Under the pieces are notes generated by a model, which was given only the letters and a program-made list of their open reading frames with translations, was not told the origin of the DNA and did no database searches. A stretch of DNA of 63,865 nucleotides, filler included, from Reclinomonas americana ATCC 50394 (taxonomy: Eukaryota), in assembly GCA_048213135.1 (NCBI GenBank). It is 14 parts of 14 records of this genome, joined end to end, with 100 filler letters (N's around TTAATTAATTAA, not from the genome) between each part and the next. Parts side by side here need not be neighbours in the genome. Positions count along the whole stretch, not along the records: positions 44,272 to 54,276 come from AFZH01017766.1; positions 54,377 to 56,265 come from AFZH01017767.1; positions 56,366 to 58,625 come from AFZH01017768.1; positions 58,726 to 61,062 come from AFZH01017772.1; positions 61,163 to 62,334 come from AFZH01017773.1; positions 62,435 to 63,865 come from AFZH01017786.1; 8 more parts are not named here. The stretch is one strand, 5' to 3'. The position numbers and the translations under genes were made by a program. Shown piece by piece: positions 51,101 through 62,884 of this stretch (position 1 is the first letter of the stretch; every line of letters begins with the position of its first letter).

Positions 51101-53936
51101 CTGCTGCACGCAAAGCATTCTCACGCTCCGGCTGCTCGGCGGCCTGCTTGAGTTGCCATTGCAGGCTTTCGATTTCAGCACGCTGTGCAGACACATGTTC
51201 AGCACACCATACGTGTGAAAAGCAAGACCGTGGACACGCACCGCTTCCGACAACTCGGTCTCCTTGATTGACATGGCCTGCTCGTGCTCCTGCTTGGCCG
51301 CATCACGCTCGCCAATCACAGTCGTGATGTGCGCCTTTAGATCGCGCAGCTGTTGGTTCTGGTCGGCCAGCTTGGCGCCATTGGCTCGTGCCGTGGCCGC
51401 CACGGCGTGTTCCGCCTCGAGTTCCACTGTGTTTCACACAGATGAGCGTGAAACCCCAGAACAAGTGCGGAGGTTCGCTCGCACCTTTCAAGTGCGCAAT
51501 CTCGTCCTTGAACTTGCGCTTCTTGACCTTGTGCTTCTCCAGCTTCTTGCGCGCAGCCTCCACCTCGGTTCGCAGCGGTCGAGTGATACGGTCGACACCT
51601 TCGGCTGCGCTCGAGAAATGAATGAGTGGACGAGGTGGGGGAAGAGGAAGAACACACACCGCTCACCAATGGCTTTCTCCTGGTTGGCCGTCATATCCTC
51701 CAGCTTGAAGACCAATGAGCCTGCCAGAAAGCACAAGAGGTAAGTCTCCGTACTGCACACATTCTTCCCCCTTTCCGGCCGCAACGTTCTCGCTCCTCGG
51801 CCGACTTGAGAGCTCGCTCCAAGATGGCGATCTGCTCCTTCTGCCGTGCACAGTCCAGACGCATCTGCTCGTGCATGCTCTCCACCGCAAACATGCGCGT
51901 CTGATACTGCATGTTCTCCTTTTCAAGCACGCTCATCAGCCGCTCCTTGCGATCCATCTCCACTCGCAATGACTCCAGCGCACTCAGAATCTGACGGCGG
52001 CGAATGAGCAACAGAGAGCACTCCTCCCCCCTCCCTCCACCCAACAAACCTCCTCTGTCTCGCGTGCAGCATGCAGCAGTTCCTCTTCGAGCGACTCCAC
52101 CGCGAGGTTCAACTCAATAATGCGATGCGCACTCTCCTTTTCCTGCTCCAGCAGTGCACGATTAAACTCCTCCTGCTCCGCCAGCGCCTCGTGCACGCTT
52201 CCGCCCTGTGTAGCCTGCCGATCCATGCGCTGCTCCATCTCATTCAGCGGCTGCACAAACTCGTCGGTGGACTCGTCCGACGAGCCCTGCCAGTCCACAA
52301 GAATGCCGTCCTCCAAACGATACGGCGCTGCCGAAAGGGAACACCCATGTCAGCTCACGGTCGGCCTCCTTGACACAAAAGGCGCACTCACCATCTTGGC
52401 TCGAGGGCATGGAGCGCATGAGCTCGGCCAGAATCTCTGCGCGCTCCTCCAGACGCTTCTGCAACGCGACGCGATCCAGCACCTGCTCCTCCTCCTCCTC
52501 CTTGGCGTCGGCCTGCTTCTCCAGCATTTGCAGAAAGGCCTTGCCGGTGCGAGTGGTAGAAGACTGGCTGTCGCTAGCCTGCGCCGCCGCCTGCTTCTCG
52601 TCACCACCACCAGCCTCGGCGTTCTTGGCGTTCTTCTCGAAACGCCCGATCGTGCGCTGCAGCATCTTGAACAGGCGTGCAATGTCGTGCCTGCGCATTT
52701 GTGCCGTGGTCAACCGGCGGGTGGCGATGCGCGCCGTCTGCACTCGCAGCGTGGTGAGGAGATTGCAAAGGAAAGGGGCGAGGGAGGAGAAGAAGAAGAG
52801 GCGACGCACAAACTCATCATCGTCCTCCTCGTCACTCGAATCGTCGTCCTGGAAATCGTACATGCCCAGCTCGCCTTCCGGCTGCGATCAGAGAGAGTGG
52901 GGTGAGGAAGCGAGTGATCCTCGACGGGCGCAAGGCCACGCACCAGGTTGCCAAAGAGTGCCTGCGTGAACAGCGGTCCGGCTCCGCGTGTGCCCGACTG
53001 ACGCGATCGTGCGCGCTTGATGAGACTCCCCACCCGGGCACGCAAACGCGGGCCACCTTCAAACACCTCAGTTCCTCGCCGACCACGAGCAGCGGCCAGC
53101 GATTCAGAGGAGAACACCGAGCCGGAGCGAAACTGCGCAAACGAGTCGCCAAACACTTTCGAGCCTGCACGTCCGCTGTCGCCGACAATGCTCGAGCGGC
53201 GGCCGGCGTTCTCGGCCGCCCGCACCGCCGCACTGAGCATATCCACCGCTCGGTACCCGGAGCCCGCTGCGTCGCTGCTGGCATCGGTGAACGTGCTGCC
53301 TCGCCTCGCCGCATCAAACGTGGAGCCTCTTCTGACAGCGTCAAACGTGCTTCCTCTTCTCACAGCGTCAAACGTGGAGCCCCTCCGTGCCGCGTCGAAC
53401 GTGGAGCCTCTCCTTGCCGCATCAAACGTGCTGCCTCTCCTCGCCGCATCAAACACACTGCCCTTGCGTGCACCATGATCGCCAAACGTGCTGCCTCGCC
53501 TAGCCGCCCGCTCAGCATGCGCAAACACACTGCCCTTCCTCGCCGGCTCCTTGCCACGCGCTCCACCACCAGCCACCGTGCTCCCGCGTCGCGCAGCCGC
53601 CTCTGTGACCGCCGCCCTCGCCTCATTGCCGCCACTGAGCGGTCGAGCAGCAGCCGCAGCAGCTGGAGCATCGGCAAATCGCACACTGCCATCGCCTCCA
53701 CTCGGCGGCCTGCCCTTGCCATCCTCAAACCGCACACTTGAATCCTTGCGCTTACCCGCCTTGGACGACGACACAAGCACCTCTGCGCGCGGCACATCAT
53801 CCTCTTCCTCTTCCTCCTCGTCGTCATCTTCACTGAATTCGCTCGCCGAGGCTTTCGGCGAGCGTGCAACCGACGATGGCGGTGTGCGCGGACGGCGAAT
53901 GTGTTCCGCCACGGGAAGATCGTCGTCGTCGCTCAT
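45102..53936 (-). CDS. Very large multi-exon coiled-coil protein with N-terminal RRGS repeats; function unknown
   Basis: Exons run from MSDDDDLPVAE through E/K/Q/R-rich heptad segments (about 48900-52800) to ...SRFPQL-TAA. Most junctions were checked for frame. Confidence 0.7.
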
Positions 53937-54499
53937 TATTACTATATCAAAGGGCGTTTCACGTGTGGAGGAAACGGCTGATGTACAGTTGTCAGCGAGC
54001 ATGAATGTCCGGTTTCCCGCCACTTTTCGTGTTTGTGTGACTCTTTAGTGAATGAGTGAGGCAGTGTCTGTGTCTGCCTCCTCTGTGCCTGCGTATGCGG
54101 GAGGGGATACGGTGACTTTGCGTGTGGAGGATTTTGTGGAGTTGTTGAGGTTTGCGAGAGAGAGTTTTACCGACTCTCTCTGTGTGTGTGAAAGTGTGTG
54201 TGTGTGAGAGAGGGAGAGAGGGAGGGAGGGAGAGAGGGAGAGAGAGAGGAGGGAGAGAGAAAGAGAGAGAGAGAGANNNNNNNNNNNNNNNNNNNNNNNN
54301 NNNNNNNNNNNNNNNNNNNNTTAATTAATTAANNNNNNNNNNNNNNNNNNNNNNNNNNNNNNNNNNNNNNNNNNNNAGAGAGAGAGAAAGAAAGAGAGAG
54401 AAAGAGAGAGAGAGAACATGCATTTCTTCACAGCATCTTTCTTCTGTCTCTTTCTCTCCAACACACACACACACACACACAAAAGTGAGAGAGAATGCG

Positions 54500-55500
54500 T
54501 TCACTCTCATTATCTCTCATATGCATTTCTCCTGTCTTGCTTGCCTCACTCTCACTCACTCTCTCTTCCCCGCACTTCTCTTGCATTCTCCTCTCTCTCT
54601 TTGTTGTGTTTCTCTGTCTTCACTCGTCCTCTCTTGTCTCTCTCTTACACACGGGACACATTCGCTCATTGTGTCCCTTCCCCTCTCTGTTTGCACCCGC
54701 ACACGGGACACATTCGCTCATGTGTTCCTATCCTTTCTGTTTGCATTTCACCCCTCGCCCCCTGTATAGTCTCACTGTTCTCACTCTCTCCCCGTCTCTG
54801 TGCGTTCCTTCCCGTTTTCTCTTGTCTTTTGCCTCTCTTTTCACACTCACTTATCTCATTCACTCACTGCATTCTCGCTCGCTCACTGCTTCCGTCCCTT
54901 CCTTCTCGTTTTCCCGCGTCTCTTGCCTCTCTCTTCACACTCATTCTCTCATGCCTCACGCTTCTCACTCTCTCCCCATCTCTGTGCGTTCCTTCTCGTT
55001 CTCTCCTTTCACTTGCCGCTCTCTTCACACTCTGTTCTCATTCATTCACTGCAATCTCACTCACTCGGTGTTTCCGTCCCTTCCTTCTCGTTCTCTCATG
55101 TCTCTCGTCTCTCTCTTCACACTTATCTCATTCACTCACTGCATTCTCACTCGCTCACTGTTTCTGCCCCTTCCTTCTCGTTCTCTCCTGTCTGTTGCTG
55201 CTCTCTTCGCGCTCACTTTATTCATTCACTCACTGCATTCTCGCTCGCTTGGTGTCTCTCTGCTTCTTCTCTCACTCACTTTCTTTGCACTTCCTCCCGC
55301 ACGCTTGCTTCGTTCACTGCAATCTCACTGTCTCCCTCTCACTCTCTCTCTCTCTCTTTGCATTTCTCTATCATTCTCCCTCCTCCTCTCTTGCCTCATT
55401 CGTGTTGCATTTCTCTTCCGTTTATCTCGCCTCTTGCTTTCTTGCCACACTTTTGCTTCGTTCACTTATTCACTCATGGCGTTCACGCTCTCTGTTTCCA
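54500..55500. repeat. Degenerate pyrimidine-rich intronic repeats
   Basis: Recurring cacttatctcattcactcactgcattctcgctcgct / ccttccttctcgttctctc units. Confidence 0.75.
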
Positions 55501-55608
55501 TCACTTCGTCTTCCTCTTTCTCTCTTTGCATTCCACTCTTGCCCCATACTTCCCCTTCCTCAACCTTCCCCCAACTCCTCCCTCACTCTGCCTTTCTCTC
55601 CTCTGCAG

Positions 55609-56178
55609 AGCATATCAAACCTACGTCGACTCCACATCGATCCTGTCGGCGGACGTGCAGGTGGTGCGGAAGCGCGAGAGTGTGCGCAATGCGGAGCGCG
55701 AGTTTCTCTTTCAGTATCCGACGCTGAAGCCGCTGTTTGTGGGACCGGATTATGAGTTGGAGGGTGAGTGGAATGGGGAGGGCAAGGGGAGGGAAAAGAA
55801 AGAGAGGCATGCAAAGACAACAAGGGTACTCATGCAACACACCAGCGCCTTGTCATGCTCATCTGTCTCGCTGTGTTGAAGAATGTGCACGCTATTGTTG
55901 CATGGCTGCCTACTCTCTCACTCCATGTTATCTCTCTCGTTTATCGCATTGTCTCCACTGCATTTCATCTCTCCTTCTGCGCGTCTTCTCGTCCACTTAA
56001 CTCTCTCTCCCACTTCGCTCCTTCACTACCACATCACGCCCACTCGTTCACTTTACTCCTTCTCTCCATCTGCACTCCGTTACCATACCGTGCCTGCTCT
56101 CGCATCATGACCTCCCCACTGCAAGTGAGAGTGAGAATCATCACATTCTGTCATTACATTCTCCCTCTCTCTCTCTCG

Positions 56179-56219
<41 letters not shown>

Positions 56220-56489
56220 CTACTCTCCTCTCGTCTCTCTCTCTCTCTCTCTCCTCCTCTCTCTCNNNNNNNNNNNNNNNNNNNNNNNNNNNNNNNNNNN
56301 NNNNNNNNNTTAATTAATTAANNNNNNNNNNNNNNNNNNNNNNNNNNNNNNNNNNNNNNNNNNNNGTTACCGTACCGTCCGTCCGTCCGTCCTCCGTCCT
56401 ACTACTACTACGTACCCGTACCCCTACCCGTACCGACGTACGTAGAGTAGTAGTAGTAATACTACTACTACTACTTCTCTCTACTACTA

Positions 56490-56542
<53 letters not shown>

Positions 56543-56872
56543 ATTTCTCCTCTTTCTCTTCCTCAATGCCTGCATGTTCACAGAGGCCCTCCGCCTGTCG
56601 GACTCATCAGACGACGAGGAGGAGACTGCAAACGCACCCGCGGCCAACTCAACCGGCGGCGATGGAGGCGAAGTCGCCCCTGCCGCCTCGTCCTCCACCG
56701 CCGCCGCCGCCGCTGCTGCAGCAGCAGCACAACGCTCGCATCGCAGCAGCGGGCTGTACTACGCCGATCCCGACGCGCACGCCCCGTCGCACACGCGGAC
56801 GCGGTCGCCACGCTTCCCCGCCAGCCGATCGCCAACTCATTCCTCGGGAGATGAGGAGTCTGTATCGCAGCA

Positions 56873-56913
<41 letters not shown>

Positions 56914-58340
56914 GCCGCGGGTTGACAACGCACGACTTGTACAATGATGAATCGCATTTCATTTCACGCGCGCGACGAACCATGGGCGAGCGCACGTTCC
57001 ATCAACTCATGCGCACTCGTGCCGGCGGCGACTCGACGCGCTCCTACCAGCTGGCTGTGGAGTGGTTCCGTCGGCGAGAGGAGACTCGTGAGCAGCGTCT
57101 CTATGTGCACGAGAGGTCGGCCGCCGACAAGCGCATCGTTGCGTGCACGGCAGAGAGGGTGTGGGGTGGAGAACGTGTTGCTGATCAAAATGTTGTGCAG
57201 TTTGAGGAACTGGATGCGCGCGAGGAGCTCCGACTGCAGCGACAGCGATGGATGCAGCTCCGCACGCAAGTGTATGAGGCACATGCGCCAGAGTTGCGTC
57301 ACGATTTCTGTACGAAGAGTCGAGTGTTTTTTGTTCTCACCAAGTCTGTGTCAGAGCCGAGCCCTTCCGCCGCAACCAATTCCGAGTGGTGCGCCTCGGC
57401 AGCAACGGATCGTTGGAAATGCAGCGAGCGACACAGCCGTACACTGACATTTTCTCGCCTCAACGGAAGCCGCGGGTGAGTGACTCTGTTTAGTGTTTCA
57501 TTCACTCTCTTTCTTGCTGTCTCATCCCCCTCATGTTTCATACTCTTTCTTTTCCTTCCTTCTGTTCCTCCCCCTGCTTCTCTCCCCTGTTGCTTCCTCC
57601 CGTTCTTTCCCCCTGTTTCTTTCCGCTTGTCCGTTCCTTCTGTTCCTTCATTCACCTCCTTCCTCCCCACCTGCCCCCTGTGCCTTCTCCCCTTTTCCCC
57701 CTTCCCATCTTCATTTCATTCTCCGTATTTACTCCCTCCCCCTCTCTCGTTTCCCTTCTCTCGTATCCTTCCCCTGTTCCTTCCCCTTGTGCCCCTCCCC
57801 CTATCTTCTTTCCTTTCCCTTCCCCATTTCCCTTCCCCTCACGCCTTCCCCCTCCCGCAGTCCCCTCCCTACCCCGCCTCCAAATCCTGGAAGCCACTGA
57901 CTGGCGAAGCCGGCAGCGCCCTGGAGCGCCTCCTCAGCTGCCGCAACGCTCGCATCGCCGTCAGCCACATGCGCCAAGTATTTGAGCGGTCGCTCCACTC
58001 AGTGGAATATCAGTACCAGCCGCCGGAGCAGTTCACACCCAACACGCTCTACTACATTGTGCTGTGCCCGCCCGAGGCAACCAGCGCCGCTGCCGGCTCC
58101 GGAGGCAGCGGCAGCAGCTCGTTGTCGCCGCCCAACTCGTCGGATCTGGCGAGCTCGTATTTCGCGCCGCGTGGATCCAGTGGTGCGTGGCATCTCTCAC
58201 TTTTTTGTGCATGCCTTGCGACGCGCTCATTTGTATTTGGTGGTGGTGGTGCAGCGGCATTCACAGACGCCGTGCGTCTGAAGGATCAGGGATTCGTCGG
58301 CTTTGCGAGACACGGACTGGGCCAGGAGCTCTTCTCGGCT
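55609..58340 (+). CDS. Internal exons of an unknown protein with poly-Ala and poly-Gln tracts; spans a gap, both ends missing
   Basis: Exon 55609-55763 ends in phase 1 and joins the acceptor at 56583 in frame. Further exons lie at 57201, 57861 and about 58255. A (CAG)n tract is at about 56868-56911. Confidence 0.65.
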
Positions 58341-58725
58341 GTTGCGTCACGTTTATTTGTTTGCTTACTCTGCCTTCCCCCTTGGTTTTCCCCCATCGTT
58401 CTCTCACCTTCGTCTTTCCCCCTGCTCTTGCTGTTGCTATATTCCCCCTTCCGTCTTCCCCCTTCCGTCTTAGCCCTTCTCCTTCCCCTTCTCCTTCCCC
58501 TTCGCTCCCCCTTCGTTTCCCCCTTCGCTCCCCCTTCGTTTCCCCTTCGTTTCCCCTCGTCTCCTGCTGTTTCCTCCCTCCCCCTTCCGTCTTCCCCCCT
58601 TCCCTCTTCCCCCCTTCCCCCTTCCNNNNNNNNNNNNNNNNNNNNNNNNNNNNNNNNNNNNNNNNNNNNTTAATTAATTAANNNNNNNNNNNNNNNNNNN
58701 NNNNNNNNNNNNNNNNNNNNNNNNN

Positions 58726-58805
<80 letters not shown>

Positions 58806-59004
58806 CTCTCTCTCCTCTCCTCCTCCTCCTCTCCTCCTCCTCCTCCTCTCCTCCTCCTCCTCCTCTCCTCTCCTCCTCCTCCTCCCTCCTCCCTCCTCCC
58901 TCCTCCCTCCTCCCTCCTCCCTCCTCCCTCCTCTCTCTCTCTCCTTCTCTCCCTCTCTCCCCTCCCCTTCATTTCCCTTAACCCCCCTTCCCCACCTCCC
59001 GCAG

Positions 59005-61501
59005 ACTGGCAAAGCGGCCTGCACAACCTCATCGTCAGCTTCGGCTTGATTGCACGCACGTTTGTGCTGCAGGACCGCCCCGACATTCTGGAGCAGCACG
59101 CCGCCGGCGAGCCACTGGAGGTGAATCGCTTCCTGCCCGACAGCGCGAGTGCGGCGGCGCTGTTTGCCGAGACGCAGCACGAGATGGCCGTGCCGCAGCC
59201 GGACTCGTTTGGCTTTGTGGCCGACTCGGCCAAGTTGGCGCAGTGGCTGCTGGGCTTCGAGGTGGCCGCGCTGGCCGGCACCCCCGGCCCCAACCCTGTC
59301 GGCGACTATCTCGGTCGCGTGCAGACGTGGTTTGCCAGCGACGCGTCGGCGGCGAACGGCGCCTCGATGGCTGTGTTCACGTCGACCACGCCCAAGTCGG
59401 GGTGAGTGTGGTGACGAATCAGAGAAGGGAAAGCAGGAATCTCACACCACGATGCAGATCGGCACTGGTGCACCTGGGCGACGCGGTGTCGTACCCAAAG
59501 GAGCAGCTGCAGCGTGAGGATATCTGGAGTGCTTTTTCACACGCCCCTGTGGTGGTGGTGGACGGCAGCATGCTGCACGGCAGTCCCGAGCTGGTGTCGA
59601 TGATTGTGCGATTGGGAGCTGGTCATCAGGGGAAGCAGGTGGGTTGGGGGACGGAGTAGGGGAGAGAAGGCGGGAAGGGATGGGGGGAATAGAGATAGGC
59701 GCGCAGAAACATGCAGATGGAAGAACGATGCAGAAAGACAGAGAGCAACGATCGCGGCGGAAGATATAGAGAGTGCGTGTGTATTCATGTACTGTGAGTG
59801 TGCCGTGTGACTGTGTGAGTTTGTGGGCGATTGTATGTAATAAGTGTGCAAGAGAGTCAGAAAGTGTATGCATGAGTGGGCGCTTGTGAGCGAGTGAGTG
59901 TGTGAGCGCATGTGTGAATGTGCGTGATTGTGCAAGTGGGTCATCGTGTGTTTTTGTGCGCTGAGTGTGCACAGAGACTGTGTTTGAGTTTGTGTATGGT
60001 TGTGTGTTTCTGATGAGTGTTAAAATGAGCGGGTCTCCCAGTGTTGTCGAGCAATCGTGTTGATTGCGTTGTGCGTTCGAGATTGTCGTTTGTGTTCATG
60101 TGTGTGTGAATGTGCGCGTAAACTTGTGTGGGAGAGTTACTTTGCGGGTGTGTGCGAGTCAGTCGTGTGTGATTGAGTGAGTTATATTGATTTCACGGAA
60201 GTGATTACGGTCGCTCACGTCGTCTTGGTTTCACAGAAACTCGTTTTCAAGTTCCCGGTGGCCTCCAGCGCCGCCATTGTCGACGCCGTCAAGGACGCCG
60301 TGCGTGCCGCTAACTACGTGTTCACCACCGAGCACGAGTTGCACTCGTTTGCCAAGGCCGCTGGTTGGATGGTGGGTTTTGTGCATGCTTCTGTGTGTCT
60401 CTCTGTCTGTCTGTCTATCTGTCTGGTTGTTCGCTCTTTCTCTCTCTCTCGCTCTCCTCTCGATCTGACGGTCAATCTTTTTCTCGGTCCTTGTGTCTCT
60501 CTGGTTTTCGCTCTGTCTACCCCGCCTCTCTTTCTCTCTATCTATCTCTCTCTCTCACACACACACACAATCCGCGTGTTTGTCTGTCTCTCACTCTTTT
60601 TCTCTCCCCTCCCGTTCGTGGCAGTGTGACTGTCGATCTCAATGTGTTTCTCTTACACTGTCTCACTCTGTCTTTCTCTCCGTCTGTGTCTCCATGTCTT
60701 CTGCTCTCACCCGTCTTCATCTCTCTCTCTCTTCCGTGTGTGCATGCGGCCGACTCTCTGTCAATTCCTCTCTCTTTTCTGTCTGTGTGTCTCTGTCTCG
60801 ATCCGTGTGTCTCCTCTGTCTCTCTCTCTCTCTCTTTCTCTCTTTCTGTGCGTGGCTGTGTGTCTGACTCTCGATCTCAAAGTCTTTTTCTCTTTCTCTG
60901 TCTCTCTCTCACTCACTCTCTGTGCTCTCCCTCTCTCCCTCCCTCCCTCCCTCCCTCCTCTCTCCCTCTCTCTCCCTCCTCTCTCTCTCTCTCCTCACTC
61001 ACTCCCTTCCCCTTATCTCCACCTCACAGACCAACAACGTTCACATCCTCATGCAACGGCTTNNNNNNNNNNNNNNNNNNNNNNNNNNNNNNNNNNNNNN
61101 NNNNNNTTAATTAATTAANNNNNNNNNNNNNNNNNNNNNNNNNNNNNNNNNNNNNNNNNNNNGAGGGGAGGGTGAGATACGGTGTACTTAATTGTTGATT
61201 CGCAGTGGGCGCCTCCACCCATCTGGCACGACCCTGTGGCCAACCTGGCCGCCGCCGGTGCTGGTGTGCTGAGTCAGCTGGCGTGGCCGTTTGCCACTCC
61301 GTCGACAGCGCAGTGCATTCGCGCCGCGCAGTATGCTGTGTGGGCAAGGAACACGGTTTGTTTGAGAAGATTGTTTGTTTTTTACGCAATGTGTGAAGAA
61401 GCTCATGAGAATGTGTGGGATCACAGGACGGTGCGCTGCACGGCTCCCCCGATGCCGGCAAGCTCGGATTCTCCACCGGCAACGAGCCATTCAAGCCATG
61501 A
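59005..61501 (+). CDS. Adenosine-kinase-like (pfkB/ribokinase fold) protein with degenerate catalytic motifs, 5'-partial, spans a gap
   Basis: Collinear ADK-like segments DSAKLAQWLL, SALVHLGDAVSY, SPELV, YVFTTEHELHSFAKAAGW, GVLSQL, QCIRAAQYA. Confidence 0.8.
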
Positions 61502-61603
61502 GCATGCAAAGAATGGCACGCGCAGTGTTGATCCCCCCTTTTTTCCTCCACCTTGAACCACACCAAAAACTTGTAAACGGAATTTCCTTTTTCTTTCATT
61601 GCT

Positions 61604-62334
61604 TCACAACAAAAAGGGCACGATGGCCTTGCGGGTGGGTGGGTAGGTGTCGCCAAAGGTCTGGCGGTACCACTGGTGGTTCTTGAGGGCGCGAGGGACG
61701 AGGTTGGTGGAGGTCCAGATGGCGAAGACCAGCGGTGCCATTTGCCACTGCAGGGCCATGGCGTAGCCGAACCTGTGAAGCAAAGGAAGCGCGACGATGA
61801 TCAGCACCAAATCATCGATCTCAGACAAAGGTGAAAGCTGCGCAGCGGCAGGTGGAAAAGCAAGGCACTGGAGCTCTCCTGCTATCTCTCTCTCCTAAAG
61901 TCAAGGTGCGCTGTGGCATGAGAGCAAGCAAAGCAACTTCTGATTGCAGTAGACGCTGATTGAAACATATCAAGCTCCCTCCGCATCCCTCTTTTTCCAA
62001 TCTTTCCCTCCTCCTCCCTCTCCCCCACCCACCCTCCCTCCCCCCCTTCACCCCCTCCACCCACCACTCGATAATCTCCCCCAGATAATGCGGACTGGCG
62101 ACATACTGGAATCCGCCGCCAAACGGCACCTTGTAACCCGTGGAGCCGTCCGCGCGCAGCAACAACAAGCGCTCCTCCGAGTCGCGGTTGAGACGCACGC
62201 CCGCCGCGAACACCAAGAGGCCAATCAGGAACATGGGTGACCACACGCGCTCCATCGAGTGGGGCATGTTGTGGCACACGGCGGCGCGCGACAGCGACCA
62301 GCCGACAATGGTGTTGGAGACGGCGCCAAAGATT
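61604..62334 (-). CDS. 3-oxo-5-alpha-steroid 4-dehydrogenase (DET2/SRD5A-like), C-terminal half
   Basis: GYKVPFGGGFQYVASPHYLGEIIEW|FGYA, NLVPRALKNHQWYRQTF, YPPTRKAIVPFLL. Confidence 0.92.
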
Positions 62335-62696
62335 NNNNNNNNNNNNNNNNNNNNNNNNNNNNNNNNNNNNNNNNNNNNTTAATTAATTAANNNNNNNNNN
62401 NNNNNNNNNNNNNNNNNNNNNNNNNNNNNNNNNNAGGAGGAGGAGAAGAAGAAGAAGAAGAAGAAGAAGAAGAAGAAGAAGAAGAAGCATGTGAGCAACA
62501 ATAACAAGAAGGAGTAGGAAGAAGAGGAGGAGTCAGAGAGGCTGACAGGAAAGAGAGAGAAGCAAGGGAGAGGAAGCCAATGAGAAGCGAGGGAGAGCAG
62601 AGGCAGAGAAGAGAGACTGTGAGAAACAACCAAGTGAGGAAAGAGAGAAGAAGAAGAAGGAGATGAGTCAGAGAGATAAAGCGATGGCATCCTTTT

Positions 62697-62733
<37 letters not shown>

Positions 62734-62768
62734 TGTGTGTGTGTGTGTGTGTGTTTTGTTGTGCTCAC

Positions 62769-62884
62769 CTTGAGGCCGGGAAATGGCCAAAGTAATAACT
62801 CGCTTGTGCATCACTGGCCCAAATGCGACTCAACTCGGCGTCGTTGGTGCGATCGGCGTCGCACAGTTCCTCAAAGAGACTCAT
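62769..62884 (-). CDS. Probable first exon, possibly of the DET2-like gene
   Basis: MSLFEELCDADRTNDAELSRIWASDAQASYYFGHFPAS followed by an AG|GTGAGC donor and a typical CA/GA then CT intron. Confidence 0.45.

Noticed and set aside
61344..61426. Possible GC-AG intron (TGG|GCAAGG) in the ADK-like gene
   Set aside because: A same-phase GT donor exists at 61356, so a GC donor is not required.
12842..62434. Recurrent TTAATTAATTAA flanked by N runs, and ORFs ending ...XXXLIN
   Set aside because: Artificial six-frame-stop linkers, not a biological repeat.
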